From sequence record OV032902.1: DNA of 64,000 bases, one strand, 5' to 3'. The position numbers were made by a program, and so were the translations under genes. The notes beneath the pieces are model-generated. The model was not told the origin of the DNA. It ran no database searches and was given only the letters and a program-made list of their open reading frames with translations. Below are positions 45,604 through 56,661 of the stretch, one piece after another (within the stretch, counting starts at the first letter, position 1; the number at the start of each line of letters is the position of its first letter).

Positions 45604-46608
45604 TTATAGTACTGAATAGTACTTAACCTTTAGTTCTCCACCACGGGAGGATTTAACTTGAATAACAAGTGACGTATTCGTAGTCACTGCTTCAAGTTCG
45701 AGAAAGTAGTTACCGACATCAGTATTCGCCACTGCCATCTCCTGGATGTTAGGTACAAGACCCGGGCCAGAAGAACAGATGAAGTCTACAGTCTCTACGT
45801 GTGTGCCTGTATCAAGTACAACGACACCACGAAGCGAAGACACCTCTGATAAAGCAAATGTAGAAATAGCTACAGTACCACTTGGTGTGATCACGGCGAC
45901 ATCGTCTTCCGTTCTCACATAATTAGACACTAAGTCGAGGACTTGGTCTAACTTATCTTTGTATTCCGTAGACACTTCACCCGATACAATGTTCAATCGG
46001 TTATACATACGACCAAGCAAACCAAGGAGTCTGTCGATTTGTTCTTGGAAGTGTAAACCACTATTGTTCATTGGTACGCGCATTACAAGTGCATTGAAAA
46101 CATCATCAAACTTTTGAGAAAGCTTGTAAAGGTCTTCCATGTCTTGTAGTACGTGTTTGTGTGGACCAGGCATGAAGAAACTAGGCTTGTTCTTTACATG
46201 GATATTGTAATCGATGTCCGGCTGGTTAATCGCATTATCAATTGCTTCTTTAAGAAGATTGATCATCGAGATTGGATTACCTTCTGGACCACCAACGACT
46301 TGCATGTGAACTTCATAAACATCAACCGCAGCTTTATCTAGAAAGTCAATAGCGGCATATGGATCAGGGTCAGCAATTTCTGATACCCACTTTTCCCAAC
46401 CTTTGAGTTCATAGTCTACGCCCTTGGTCATTGTTGCACCATCACTGGTACGAACAACACGAAGGTTTTGATCATAGAACAAACCGTAAGGTGCTACCTG
46501 AGGAAGATGGTTAATCGCTTGAAGTTCAATACGCCAAGTAACAAAGTTAGTCGGAGCATTACCCAATGGGTCGAACTGAAAACGATACGGAGTCGTAAGA
46601 GTAGACAT
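45604..46608 (-). CDS. phiKZ-like virion structural (baseplate / fibre attachment) protein
   Basis: YRFQFDPLGNAPTN start, APYGLFY, MT.GVDY, QVVGG, PS.F.PGPH.H; paralogous to 57572-58561. Confidence 0.65.
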   Translation of the reverse strand: MSTLTTPYRFQFDPLGNAPTNFVTWRIELQAINHLPQVAPYGLFYDQNLRVVRTSDGATMTKGVDYELKGWEKWVSEIADPDPYAAIDFLDKAAVDVYEVHMQVVGGPEGNPISMINLLKEAIDNAINQPDIDYNIHVKNKPSFFMPGPHKHVLQDMEDLYKLSQKFDDVFNALVMRVPMNNSGLHFQEQIDRLLGLLGRMYNRLNIVSGEVSTEYKDKLDQVLDLVSNYVRTEDDVAVITPSGTVAISTFALSEVSSLRGVVVLDTGTHVETVDFICSSGPGLVPNIQEMAVANTDVGNYFLELEAVTTNTSLVIQVKSSRGGELKVKYYSVL

Positions 46609-46609
46609 C

Positions 46610-47281
46610 TTAATCTCCTAGGAATTGTTCAGCTAATTCCAAAGCATCCTCGTAAGCTTTTACGAGTTGTTCAGATGACTGAGTATTGTTGATAGCCTCA
46701 TGTGCTGCAATGTAAACACGAGACGACATGATATTCCAAACGCCCAAGCGCTCACGGTAAGCCAATGATTTTAGACGGAAGTCGTCCTCATCTGTTCCTA
46801 GCTTAACGAAAGTAGTTTCATTGATCATGATCATTTCTGCTTGCAGGATAGCCGCATAAACACAATCCATGGTTCGATCTACATCATTGCCCAATTGCAC
46901 TTTAGCATCAATGTCGTTACCGTTAATGTCACAAAAGATACCTTCGAAGATAATACCCTCTGTAAACGCACGCTTACGAATTGAATCAACTAAACCTTTT
47001 AAAGCTTTGCGCATGGCTTCAAGTGGCAAGTCGACTGCTTTCACATATTGAGTCATAGTACGAGTTTCTTGGTCTAGCTCAACTCGTTCTTGTTTTAGTT
47101 CTTGAAGAGGACCTTTTTCGTCGCCTTCTACAACTAGTTTGAATAGATCGTAATGACGCAACTCTTCTACCGATAAATCTTCCGGTAGCTTTACAAGTTC
47201 ATTTGAATTAGGAACTTGATAGCGAGATGGGTCAATGATTACAAAGCCACTAGGATTAATGGCTGTTCTTGCATAAGTCAT
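46610..47281 (-). CDS. Putative tail fibre assembly chaperone (DUF4376-like)
   Basis: Immediately follows the adhesin; helical C-terminus with IAAHEAI. Confidence 0.45.
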   Translation of the reverse strand: MTYARTAINPSGFVIIDPSRYQVPNSNELVKLPEDLSVEELRHYDLFKLVVEGDEKGPLQELKQERVELDQETRTMTQYVKAVDLPLEAMRKALKGLVDSIRKRAFTEGIIFEGIFCDINGNDIDAKVQLGNDVDRTMDCVYAAILQAEMIMINETTFVKLGTDEDDFRLKSLAYRERLGVWNIMSSRVYIAAHEAINNTQSSEQLVKAYEDALELAEQFLGD

Positions 47282-47302
47282 TTAAAACGTCCTTATGATA
47301 AA

Positions 47303-47320
47303 AGGGGGCCGTAGCCCCCT
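47303..47320 (-). terminator. Terminator / hairpin after the adhesin gene
   Basis: Minus strand AGGGGGC-TACG-GCCCCCT-TTTA. Confidence 0.6.
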
Positions 47321-47322
47321 AT

Positions 47323-50300
47323 TTATTTTTTGCTTGAAGGTGAATAGATCAATGGACCATCACCAAAGTAAATACCGAAGTACTTCATTTCCGAACGAGT
47401 TGCTCCAGGGGCAGGATAAGCCTCGGTGTTATAACCACCATGTATCATCACACCCTCAGAGAATCGGACTGGAGATTTATCCCCATTAAATTCCGGCGAA
47501 CCAGATGCTCTTGCACGCAAGAAGCGCCATGAACCTTCTGTAACAAATACGCCCGAACCAGCACTCGAAGAACTAGGGTCATCGATATCATAAATATCGG
47601 TACACCAATATTGCCACGGGCCAGTGTAAGACGAACTCGTAGAAGCTGATGCGAAGATACCTGCCTTAACGTTAGTGTCTAGACTTTGTGCTTCGTTAAT
47701 ACCTGTTATTGTTTGTCCGCGAGTACGAACATTCAGAATACCAGGAGTATCAGCAAAGAACACAACCGAGTACTTTCTACCTGAACGGTTAAAGTTAGGC
47801 TGTGAACCAGAAGGAGCAGTAGCAATAGTTGCACGACCATCGTACGTACCCGTCAAGTAGAATGGACCTGTCGCCCAGCCACTTGTTGAAATGTTCGTCG
47901 TAGCACCCGCAGGAAGATAATAGTGTTGACCATTTCCTTCGCTATAGAAAACCCAGTAAGGAGTCTCTCCGGACGTATGAGGAAGTATCAGGGCAGCTGT
48001 TGGTCTATTAGCAAGTTCCACTGGAATCTCACGAGAACCATTTATGCCGTTACCTGTGTAAGTATGAACAAACACACCATAACAAGTTTGTGCAGATAGA
48101 CCGATTGACATGAAGTCAAACGAACCAGAAGACCATCGACTATGGTTAATACGGTAACCATTACTTAGGTCAGTGATGACAGCACCACCTGCATTAACAG
48201 CACCGTTAGTTCCATCTAAGTCAAAGCGGTACTCGTAACCAACATCTTTCAGGACAACATGCGAACCACCTGCTCCTGGTGTAGAAGCCAGAAGGAAAAC
48301 AACATCCGCATCGCTGATCATAGGAACAGTCGTCGTACTGCCGGAAGAGGTACTTGCTGCGATCTTACCCATAGCTCTTGTTGAGATATAGTTATGACGA
48401 TATGTACCTGCCAGAGTAGCACCACTTACAGTTTGAGTACCAGAAGGCATCGTATGCGTAAATGGAATCTGACCAAAGTTCAATGTCAAGTAAGAAGTCT
48501 GCAATGGACCATAAGCTTTTCGCAACATACCACGAACGCGCATATCGAAAGACGGCATCGTGTAAGTAGTACGAAGTGTACCATTGATGTATGTTTGAAT
48601 GCGATCGTTATCGTAGTCGAATACATAACCAATCATGAAGTCACGACGGTTACCATCTACCGGATAACTACCGGTCAAGTCAAATCCGCCTGTTGCTGGA
48701 CTCCAGGCATTAGAGTTTCTTACGTGTCCAAAGTACTGTCCTTCATTACCACCTTCGATAATGAATGCACCTTCTGCTAGTTCAGTAGGAGCAATATCAC
48801 AGTTATGGAAGCCTGCTTCAAAGTAAAGCTTGCCAGAAGACTTACGATGCTTTCCAGGGAATATCAACGGCGTAACAATCATACCTGGTTCGTCTCGTTG
48901 AATTAATGCATCCAACTGGAACTTAGTATTGCCGTTCGCCAGGTTAACTGACTCGTCATCTTGGTCAGTATCATTACCAGTCAAACCCGTAGGAGTAGGA
49001 TAGTAATGTGACTTCCAGTTTTCGATAAACGGATAATCCATTTCTTCCCAACGATAATCAGTAATGAATCCAGTAAACGGACTAGCGAATCCTGAACCAG
49101 CCGCTATCTTCAATACCATGTCATTACCGCCGGCACCATATGCAGAGTTAGCTCCGGTTGGACCATCTAAGTCAGGAGCCATAAATGGAACACCGCCAAA
49201 GTACTCTACGTTGTAGCGACTAGGACGATAGAAGAAACCTTTACCTTGGTTATCATCGATAACTAAGCTATCGGTATTCAGTAGACCATAGGCCATCTTA
49301 CCACCAGCATAACTAGCAATGATTGGGTGTGCTTGTAAGTCATATTCCGAAGTCGTATTGTAACGAGGAATACCAAACACAAGTGGAGTCTCTACGCCAG
49401 ACCAGAGAGGAGAAGTCGTAAATGAACCTTTCTCTGGAATGAATTTAAAGATACACATCGATTGCTCGGCCTCGGTATAGCCGAATGGATAACTGTGACT
49501 TGTTTCACTTGCCACGCCTCCATACCAGTACCATTCATTGTTCCACTTAAACGGACGGTCCGCCATCTTAGAGTAATGCATTTCCGGAACGTGTCCTTGA
49601 CGCTCAAACTTCCAACTTGCAGTATTAAGCTTATACATTACAACATGACCACAAGAGTGATCGGCCGTATTGCCAGACATGTTACAGAAAACGTACATGT
49701 AAGTATTGCCGCCATCACTAAATATCTTAACGTCCTTAGCTTTATCAAAGCTACCGCCATAACGGTTAACGCCAAAGCCTCCAGGAGAGATAGTCTCAGA
49801 AGGATTAAGTGGTGTTGTTTGGTTAGTCGTCAAGTTTACCCAGTAATGCAGGCGACCACTAGAATCAACTGCTGCACAACATGTAAAGCGAGAGCTGCCT
49901 GTAGCTACGCAAATATCGAATGCAATGTTTGCACTACCGCTATGAGCGTAACCGCCAAATGATGCCCAGCCTGTCGAGTTAGTACTAAAGCCACCGTCTA
50001 ATCGAGCATCGATGCCCGCTAGATGGATTTGAGCTCCGTCTGTCTTAGACTGGAAACATACTGCTACCATGTTGGTATTAGAGTTACCAATACGCATGTC
50101 GTGAACACGGCGCATATCAATAACGCGTCCTGACTTAGTTGGAAGCTCGGTGATAGTACCCATTGTTCTTGCAGTAGGTGATACCTTAGCCACAGCTATG
50201 CGACCATTAGTTCCAGACCAGTTAGACACAGCGATACAAGGTTGGTCACTTCGGTCACGGAACATCTCTACACGTGTTCCTGCTTGGAACGATTTAGAGC

Positions 50301-53300
50301 GATGCGTGTTACTAGGGTTGAACCAGAACGGGATACCTTTGCCGTCTTCTTCGGTATTGAAGTGTCCATAAACACCCACGGCTATCTTCTTGTGGAAGTA
50401 GTCGTACGTAGCAATAAAGCTTTGGTCACCATAAGAAATAGAACGCGTACCTCGTGAACCGGTATTAAAGTTGGTCACGGCGACCATTTCTTTCTGATTC
50501 AAGTCTGGCTGGAATATACAGCCTTGTAGACCAACGTTACTGCTGCGCATATAATCGTCCAACGCACAGTGAGGTAACTCATTACCCCATGGGATATCCA
50601 CAGTACCCAGTTCGAACTGATAAGCTGCGCGGACAGCCGACGAACGGAAAGGCAAGTCATCATCCTTGGTTACTGAAGCACCTTCGGTGAACAGAATTAG
50701 TTTTGCTGTACCTGCCGCAACGCCATGATTCATGTCAGACATTAACCAGCTATTAACAAAGCTATTTGAAGTTGCATTCCATTGAAACACTAGACAGCGA
50801 CGATTGTTAACGATATCATCATTGTTTATCCTATCTGTCGAAACGGCAAGATACATGTTGTTACCATTAACTATTAGTTTTGGTCTATGGTAGCCAGAGA
50901 TATCCAGTTTACCTGCCGAGCCAGAACTGTTAATATAAGCCCAGGTACCGATACTATGTAAGTGATCGAAACTGTTCTTACTGTAGTCGTACTTCATGAC
51001 ATGCATGTTCATACTACCGCCAACAGTAGGACAGCCTAAAACAACATATGTTTCGTTTTGGAACTGTACGGCATCCAGATAGCCGACAGGACGGGTCTGG
51101 GAGAAACTACCCATAAACTCTTTACGATAGCGCAGAGGTGCACTGGAGACGTTTTCTACGACCAAACGAGAAGCTGTCACTTTACCATGACCGGTTGTAG
51201 TAGTCCAAGAGTTAGCCGATGTTTCAAACAGCCAGGTTTCATTACCGTTGATTGTCAGTCCGACAGTCTGGTAGTTCCATGCGTTCGAGATAGAGTTACC
51301 TTCGAAACCTGAGTTACCCATCTTAAGAATGCTACCGGTGCTATCCATGTAGAACTGTTCAACTACTTCACTCTGAGAGCCTTTAACACCAACAGTAATA
51401 ATAGCTGCGTTTTCGCCAGCAATCGGAATGATTGAGATTTCAGGAACAATTTGTAAACGAACATCATCGCCAAAGTTTAACTCAAACTCAGAACGACGGT
51501 ACGAGTTCACACCACCTGCATAACCACCAGGGATAGGAATATTATCCAAGCCCAATTGACGGTAAGTAGAAATCCAAATCTTAACTGGACGACTATCACC
51601 ACGTGCTGTGCCGAATGCTCTTTCAGAACGATCACTAAAGCCAGGCTCTTGATCGATATCGCTTATCAGTTCACTCTGTCCCGGAATACCACCAGGGTCA
51701 GGAGGGAAAGTACCACCTCCACCGCCACCTGAAGTTGCACCGCCAGGAGGGTTATCCGAATAAACTGCAACACCGATAATGTTTTCAGTAGTTGTCGAGT
51801 TATGGATATCAGCGGACTTCCATGCGATAAGTTGACGAGCATCTGCATCAGCAGTAGAAGTTGTAGGATCAAGCCAACGCGTATTGTTAACGTTTTCTTG
51901 TTTCTGTACCATGGTCCAAGTTTTAGAACCTGCTTCCCATCGGAATGCATACATGCTTGTGTAACCAGTTGCATCTTGACGCCAGCCTGTTGCCTTAACA
52001 AAGACATGCATATAAATACGACCAGTAGACTTATCTTTAAGAATACTTACATGCTTGGCACGAGGAAGCAAAGTAGAGTCCGTCATACTGTGACGCTTTG
52101 TCAATCCCGTTGAAGTAATCTCATAAGTAAAGAAGCCAGGGTTTTGACCCATATGGATTGTGTCATCCCAGTGACCTACGTTTGTAGCAAAGATTGCATA
52201 AGAACGACCTTGCTCATCAGTAAAGCCATCTACTACACGAGGAGAGCGAATGATCTCTGTGTAGCGACTAGTGTTACCTAGCAGACTAGTACGACCCAGG
52301 AAGGTCATAGAAGACGTATTAGCGGTACGTAAACAGAATGGGCTATACATACGAGATGCAAAGCTTGCGCCGTTGTAGTCCTCGATTACTGGACGCATGA
52401 TATCAGATTTTTCACTAGCAAAGAACTTATTGCCAGAAGAGTCCACTAGAATAGCAGCGATTGGCTTTTTACCGAGACTATGATTGATAGTCATCGACGT
52501 CGCATTGGATGGAATGTTAACAGTCTGAATGTCTACACCACCAGTTGGACTGTCACCTAGCGCAGCAGTATTTGCCTGCGTACTGTGACCGGTCATTTTC
52601 CAAACACCGCCAGAAATAGCAAAGTTAGCACGAGCCGCTGTACGGGTAGCGTTTTTGTCGTACTTGTGTTCGATGACACTATTGCTGTTTCTCGTCAATG
52701 ATACTTTACCTTGTTCAACACCATGCTTTGAAATGTGTGGCGTAGTGAACAGGATAGCATCACGGTTAAACTTGCTAAAGGTATGGATAGACGGAGAAGT
52801 ATATTTGATAACTTCTGCCGATGGCTGTACCTCGACAAGTTCGCCTTTAATGGCAAAAGATGCAGGGTTAGAACTTACTACGAAAGTAGAAGGAGTCCAT
52901 TGACCTGTTTCTTGGTTAATGCTACCACTTACATTAAAGAAGTAGTTAGCGGAGAATTTAAAATCGTACAGCATGATATTGCCGCGATGTGGAGGGAAAG
53001 ACTGAGAGTCTACGTTACCCATTAACATGTAGCTTGGGGCTGTACCGATTGGTTGGTTTGTATAAGTACCACTAGTGGAGACTTTCTCGTCTTGAGATTC
53101 TCCGTCGACATATAGGTTTACGTCATTGCCGTCCTCATTACAAACAATATGAATCGTCATGATTCTAGATGGACCAGATTGGTCTAGCTGCTTAGTCAAA
53201 GTGTGACTACGATTCAGCGTACCATGAACGAATTTAACACGACCACGATCAAACTCAAGATAGCTATCACGGTTTGTTTGTGTGTCGTTAATACAGCGGA

Positions 53301-53556
53301 ACAGTGTAATCTTTCCATCAGGACTTCCGGATAGTGCCATTACGATTTCCATCGACCATGTGTTTAGTCGAGTAGCACTACCGAAGTTTAGTCTATGTTG
53401 AATCTGGGGATTATTCCAGTCATCATTAGACATGTTGATTGCCGTTCGTACTGTACTGCCGTAAGCAGCAATAGAACTAGGCTTGCTTGAATAACCACAG
53501 TCTTGCCACTCTTTAGGAAGAGGGACACCACCGAAGTTTACAAAAGGATATGGCAT
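47323..53556 (-). CDS. Very large tail adhesin / receptor-binding protein (~2077 aa)
   Basis: LamG-like N-terminus (NLYVDGE), beta-propeller-like blades (VFQWNATSNSF, AFRWEAGSKTW, VMYKLNTASWKF), SPRY-like region (SGKLYFE..IGYVFDYDNDRI..YING..LNFGQ.PF), TYTGNG module; S/G/T/N-rich. Confidence 0.75.
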   Translation of the reverse strand: MPYPFVNFGGVPLPKEWQDCGYSSKPSSIAAYGSTVRTAINMSNDDWNNPQIQHRLNFGSATRLNTWSMEIVMALSGSPDGKITLFRCINDTQTNRDSYLEFDRGRVKFVHGTLNRSHTLTKQLDQSGPSRIMTIHIVCNEDGNDVNLYVDGESQDEKVSTSGTYTNQPIGTAPSYMLMGNVDSQSFPPHRGNIMLYDFKFSANYFFNVSGSINQETGQWTPSTFVVSSNPASFAIKGELVEVQPSAEVIKYTSPSIHTFSKFNRDAILFTTPHISKHGVEQGKVSLTRNSNSVIEHKYDKNATRTAARANFAISGGVWKMTGHSTQANTAALGDSPTGGVDIQTVNIPSNATSMTINHSLGKKPIAAILVDSSGNKFFASEKSDIMRPVIEDYNGASFASRMYSPFCLRTANTSSMTFLGRTSLLGNTSRYTEIIRSPRVVDGFTDEQGRSYAIFATNVGHWDDTIHMGQNPGFFTYEITSTGLTKRHSMTDSTLLPRAKHVSILKDKSTGRIYMHVFVKATGWRQDATGYTSMYAFRWEAGSKTWTMVQKQENVNNTRWLDPTTSTADADARQLIAWKSADIHNSTTTENIIGVAVYSDNPPGGATSGGGGGGTFPPDPGGIPGQSELISDIDQEPGFSDRSERAFGTARGDSRPVKIWISTYRQLGLDNIPIPGGYAGGVNSYRRSEFELNFGDDVRLQIVPEISIIPIAGENAAIITVGVKGSQSEVVEQFYMDSTGSILKMGNSGFEGNSISNAWNYQTVGLTINGNETWLFETSANSWTTTTGHGKVTASRLVVENVSSAPLRYRKEFMGSFSQTRPVGYLDAVQFQNETYVVLGCPTVGGSMNMHVMKYDYSKNSFDHLHSIGTWAYINSSGSAGKLDISGYHRPKLIVNGNNMYLAVSTDRINNDDIVNNRRCLVFQWNATSNSFVNSWLMSDMNHGVAAGTAKLILFTEGASVTKDDDLPFRSSAVRAAYQFELGTVDIPWGNELPHCALDDYMRSSNVGLQGCIFQPDLNQKEMVAVTNFNTGSRGTRSISYGDQSFIATYDYFHKKIAVGVYGHFNTEEDGKGIPFWFNPSNTHRSKSFQAGTRVEMFRDRSDQPCIAVSNWSGTNGRIAVAKVSPTARTMGTITELPTKSGRVIDMRRVHDMRIGNSNTNMVAVCFQSKTDGAQIHLAGIDARLDGGFSTNSTGWASFGGYAHSGSANIAFDICVATGSSRFTCCAAVDSSGRLHYWVNLTTNQTTPLNPSETISPGGFGVNRYGGSFDKAKDVKIFSDGGNTYMYVFCNMSGNTADHSCGHVVMYKLNTASWKFERQGHVPEMHYSKMADRPFKWNNEWYWYGGVASETSHSYPFGYTEAEQSMCIFKFIPEKGSFTTSPLWSGVETPLVFGIPRYNTTSEYDLQAHPIIASYAGGKMAYGLLNTDSLVIDDNQGKGFFYRPSRYNVEYFGGVPFMAPDLDGPTGANSAYGAGGNDMVLKIAAGSGFASPFTGFITDYRWEEMDYPFIENWKSHYYPTPTGLTGNDTDQDDESVNLANGNTKFQLDALIQRDEPGMIVTPLIFPGKHRKSSGKLYFEAGFHNCDIAPTELAEGAFIIEGGNEGQYFGHVRNSNAWSPATGGFDLTGSYPVDGNRRDFMIGYVFDYDNDRIQTYINGTLRTTYTMPSFDMRVRGMLRKAYGPLQTSYLTLNFGQIPFTHTMPSGTQTVSGATLAGTYRHNYISTRAMGKIAASTSSGSTTTVPMISDADVVFLLASTPGAGGSHVVLKDVGYEYRFDLDGTNGAVNAGGAVITDLSNGYRINHSRWSSGSFDFMSIGLSAQTCYGVFVHTYTGNGINGSREIPVELANRPTAALILPHTSGETPYWVFYSEGNGQHYYLPAGATTNISTSGWATGPFYLTGTYDGRATIATAPSGSQPNFNRSGRKYSVVFFADTPGILNVRTRGQTITGINEAQSLDTNVKAGIFASASTSSSYTGPWQYWCTDIYDIDDPSSSSAGSGVFVTEGSWRFLRARASGSPEFNGDKSPVRFSEGVMIHGGYNTEAYPAPGATRSEMKYFGIYFGDGPLIYSPSSKK

Positions 53557-53572
53557 TTTAATCACCTTAAAG

Positions 53573-53595
53573 AAAGCCCTCCGAAGAGGGCCTTG
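53573..53595 (-). terminator. Terminator / hairpin between fibre genes
   Basis: Minus strand AAGGCCCTC-TTCG-GAGGGCTTT-CTTT. Confidence 0.6.
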
Positions 53596-53598
53596 TTA

Positions 53599-56500
53599 TT
53601 AAGCGTACACGGAGACGTTGTAGAACGTGACTCCTTGTATATGCGTACCTTGGATAAGGTTGTATGTATTAGGAGCCATACTAAAGTCTTCCGAGCCAGA
53701 AGATTTCTTCCACGAAGATGGAAGATTGATTGCTCTGTTACCCGAACCATCTTGAACAAGCAGGATGATGAAGGTCGTTGCTACGCGCCCAGGGAAGCGA
53801 CAGTTCGCATCCGTCAGAGTAAACGTAGATGTTAGTGTGCGTGTAAACGTGTTGACGTCATCAGCAAAGTTAAGGATAGGCGTAGTACCTAAACCAGCAA
53901 TACGAGAATGAGTAACATCTCGCTGCGCTTCTACCCAGTTATTAGAACCCAGGTGAACAAACGTAGCTGACGAACCTCCCAGTTCAAGAGGAGGATAGTT
54001 AGACGATGAATGGCGACCGATTGTTGAACCGCCGCGAATATAGACGCGACGACCGTTACGGTTTTCGCCTTCAAGTGAAACAGCAACTACAGTTCCCGCA
54101 TCAGTACCAGAAGGCAGCGTTAACGTTCGGTCAGCAGTCATGCTGTCGGTCAAGTAGTTATAGCCGTAGTTTTCGCTTGCCGTCAATGAACCAGTTACCT
54201 CAGACCAACTAAGGTTAGTAACAAGATCTAACTTACCGCTAGAAAGCATACGTAGGTTCAAGTCAGTAATATGCCAGCTATTGTAAGCTTCCATAAATGT
54301 GACTTCAACTGAACTACATTCTTTTGGAACGATGAATGTAGCGTTAGCGCTATGCATGATTTCTTGGCCACCCTGAGAAAGGAATCGAGGCTGGCCTGTT
54401 TTCCATGTCGCAGAAGTGTACTCAAGAATCTTGATGCGATCGCCGTTAGTCGCAGTAGTAGGTAGACGGATAGTTCGCGCACCATTAATCGGCATAATGG
54501 TATTTGGCAATGGATAGTCAGTCTCGTTAAGTTCATACATGTATAAACCTTTAGACTCCGGAGTGATTACCGGCATCCATACTTTGGCATCTGTTGTTGA
54601 TACATCTTGGTATCGACATTCAAATAGATACATACCGCCAGAAGAAGCCAGCAATGCACGATTCCTGTGACCCCCGATTTGGTTACCTGCTGCTGTGGCA
54701 ATCTTAATCGGATTACGGTCTGCTTGTCCGCCATGGTCAACGATGGCAATCTGAGAACCAATACGCGCACTAGCCGCATTAGGCAGCGTCATCGTAAAAC
54801 TACCCGAACGAGTATGAACGTTATAGAAACGACCCGCCACACATGTTGTATTAGCGGCTACCTTATGATAGCTATCGATTCCTCGATAAATATCCACCGG
54901 TTTCGGAGTAGTATTGCTTGAGGAAATATCACGAACATCATCAAAACGCTCAGAGATTAGAGACCAGCCATCAGGAGTTCTTTCAAACTCTAGACGTGCC
55001 CAGCCTTTATGGAAAGAGCGCGCTGACCATCCGTCCAATGAACCAGACTGAGGACTAATCGTGATTGTTCTTCCTGCCCAACCGCCATCTGCATCGATGA
55101 TGGTTGTACGCTGACCAATACGAGTGTATGTCGTATCCAAAGTAATATTCGCATTAGCTGCAAAGTCGGTACGATAGTTCAATCGACCGTAAGCAGTAAA
55201 CGAACCTGTCTTGCGTTTGTAGTGACCATTACTTTCGTTGGTCGAAGCAAGATACCAATACTTAGTAGAGCCGTTTTCCTTGATGCGGAATTCCCACGCC
55301 TCGCGACCACCCATGATCATAGGACCATCGATTAGCGAAGTACCAGTAACTACAATGAGCTGGCCAGAATCATCTGCCTGTGAATCACTAGATACGTTTA
55401 CAAGTCGAATTACTTCGTCATTGTTTTGGGCACTCGGCGAAGGAAGCGTAACAGTAAAGCTAGCGGAAGTAGCTAGACGGTAACCCATGTCAGGTGCAGC
55501 TGTAAAGCTACCTGTTTTAGTTTCCCAACCAACCACATCAGTTTCAAACTCAGAACTGATAAGGTCCCACTTTTGTGTACCTTCATTAAAGATACAGATA
55601 GCAAAGCCAAATTTGCGAATACAAGTTAAACCACCAGGCAAAGACAATGAGCCTTTTGTGCCGAAGTTAATCACGAAGTGGTTCTGATGCCATGTACCAC
55701 GAGAATCGGTAAACGTTAACACTTGACCAGGACGAGGGTCGCTTGGAAGAGTAACTGTGATAGTACCACCTGCTGTGTTTACAGGATAGTAAGTATCTTC
55801 ACGATAGCCGACAGTAATACTCGTGGTAAGCTCTGTTCGAGTAATAGGAGTATTGTTAGCATTCTCGTTAACAATCAGCCAACGCTTTGTGCTGTTAACC
55901 AAATACATCTGGAAGGTAACTGAACCGAATCGATTACCTAACTCATAGCTTGAGTTATTTCCGTTTACATTACTCGTAGCAGAAGTAACAACAACCTTGC
56001 GATCATCACCAGCAGCTGCACCATCGACTAAACGAATCTGCGCGCCAATAGGAGCATCGGCAGGAAGAGCTAAAGCAACGTTAGCATCAGAAACGATAAG
56101 ATACTCATAGCGAGGCTGAGCATTCGTATTGCCAGTGATATTGATAGTGCCAAGAAAGCCAGACTCATCTGCTTTAAAGTCACCATCGATTACAACCCAT
56201 CCTTCAGTATTATCAATGAAGAAAAGTTCAATAGCACCGTCTTCACTATTGACTGCCAGGTTGCCAGAGCTACCCTCGATGTCATGTACAGACGATATAG
56301 TAATTGGATTATCGTACCACGTTTTATTGTGGTTGATGAGGACAACACGGTCCCCAGGAATAGATAGCGCATCTAGCGTAATCGTGAAAGAACCACCACT
56401 AGAGTCAACAGGGACAAATGCACTACCTGTTTGTGTGTACGCAGAAGTACGCACAGGTGTCAAAGGCATAGAGTCCTGACCAAACAGAACCCAACGTCCA

Positions 56501-56652
56501 TTGACGTAGATCTCACCGTAGCCTTTAGTCTTAGAGGCACGAATCGAACCATTGACGGGAGGATATTCAAATTCATTATCCTCAGCGTATGGTACGATCA
56601 TTTGACCTTTTTCTGCAACTGCAAGCTGGCGAAAAGTAGCTGGATTTCTCAT
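53599..56652 (-). CDS. Tail fibre protein with ~8 T4 gp34-like repeats
   Basis: Repeated VD/NTxGG.FT.TLP....G..V...D..G.W..N.I.I units ending in W; C-terminal LLVQDGSGNR..LP..W domain. Confidence 0.8.
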   Translation of the reverse strand: MRNPATFRQLAVAEKGQMIVPYAEDNEFEYPPVNGSIRASKTKGYGEIYVNGRWVLFGQDSMPLTPVRTSAYTQTGSAFVPVDSSGGSFTITLDALSIPGDRVVLINHNKTWYDNPITISSVHDIEGSSGNLAVNSEDGAIELFFIDNTEGWVVIDGDFKADESGFLGTINITGNTNAQPRYEYLIVSDANVALALPADAPIGAQIRLVDGAAAGDDRKVVVTSATSNVNGNNSSYELGNRFGSVTFQMYLVNSTKRWLIVNENANNTPITRTELTTSITVGYREDTYYPVNTAGGTITVTLPSDPRPGQVLTFTDSRGTWHQNHFVINFGTKGSLSLPGGLTCIRKFGFAICIFNEGTQKWDLISSEFETDVVGWETKTGSFTAAPDMGYRLATSASFTVTLPSPSAQNNDEVIRLVNVSSDSQADDSGQLIVVTGTSLIDGPMIMGGREAWEFRIKENGSTKYWYLASTNESNGHYKRKTGSFTAYGRLNYRTDFAANANITLDTTYTRIGQRTTIIDADGGWAGRTITISPQSGSLDGWSARSFHKGWARLEFERTPDGWSLISERFDDVRDISSSNTTPKPVDIYRGIDSYHKVAANTTCVAGRFYNVHTRSGSFTMTLPNAASARIGSQIAIVDHGGQADRNPIKIATAAGNQIGGHRNRALLASSGGMYLFECRYQDVSTTDAKVWMPVITPESKGLYMYELNETDYPLPNTIMPINGARTIRLPTTATNGDRIKILEYTSATWKTGQPRFLSQGGQEIMHSANATFIVPKECSSVEVTFMEAYNSWHITDLNLRMLSSGKLDLVTNLSWSEVTGSLTASENYGYNYLTDSMTADRTLTLPSGTDAGTVVAVSLEGENRNGRRVYIRGGSTIGRHSSSNYPPLELGGSSATFVHLGSNNWVEAQRDVTHSRIAGLGTTPILNFADDVNTFTRTLTSTFTLTDANCRFPGRVATTFIILLVQDGSGNRAINLPSSWKKSSGSEDFSMAPNTYNLIQGTHIQGVTFYNVSVYA

Positions 56653-56661
56653 TGTCTTACC

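Noticed and set aside
47323-56652. Diversity-generating retroelement acting on fibre genes
   Set aside because: No reverse transcriptase and no TR/VR pair differing at adenines noticed in this window
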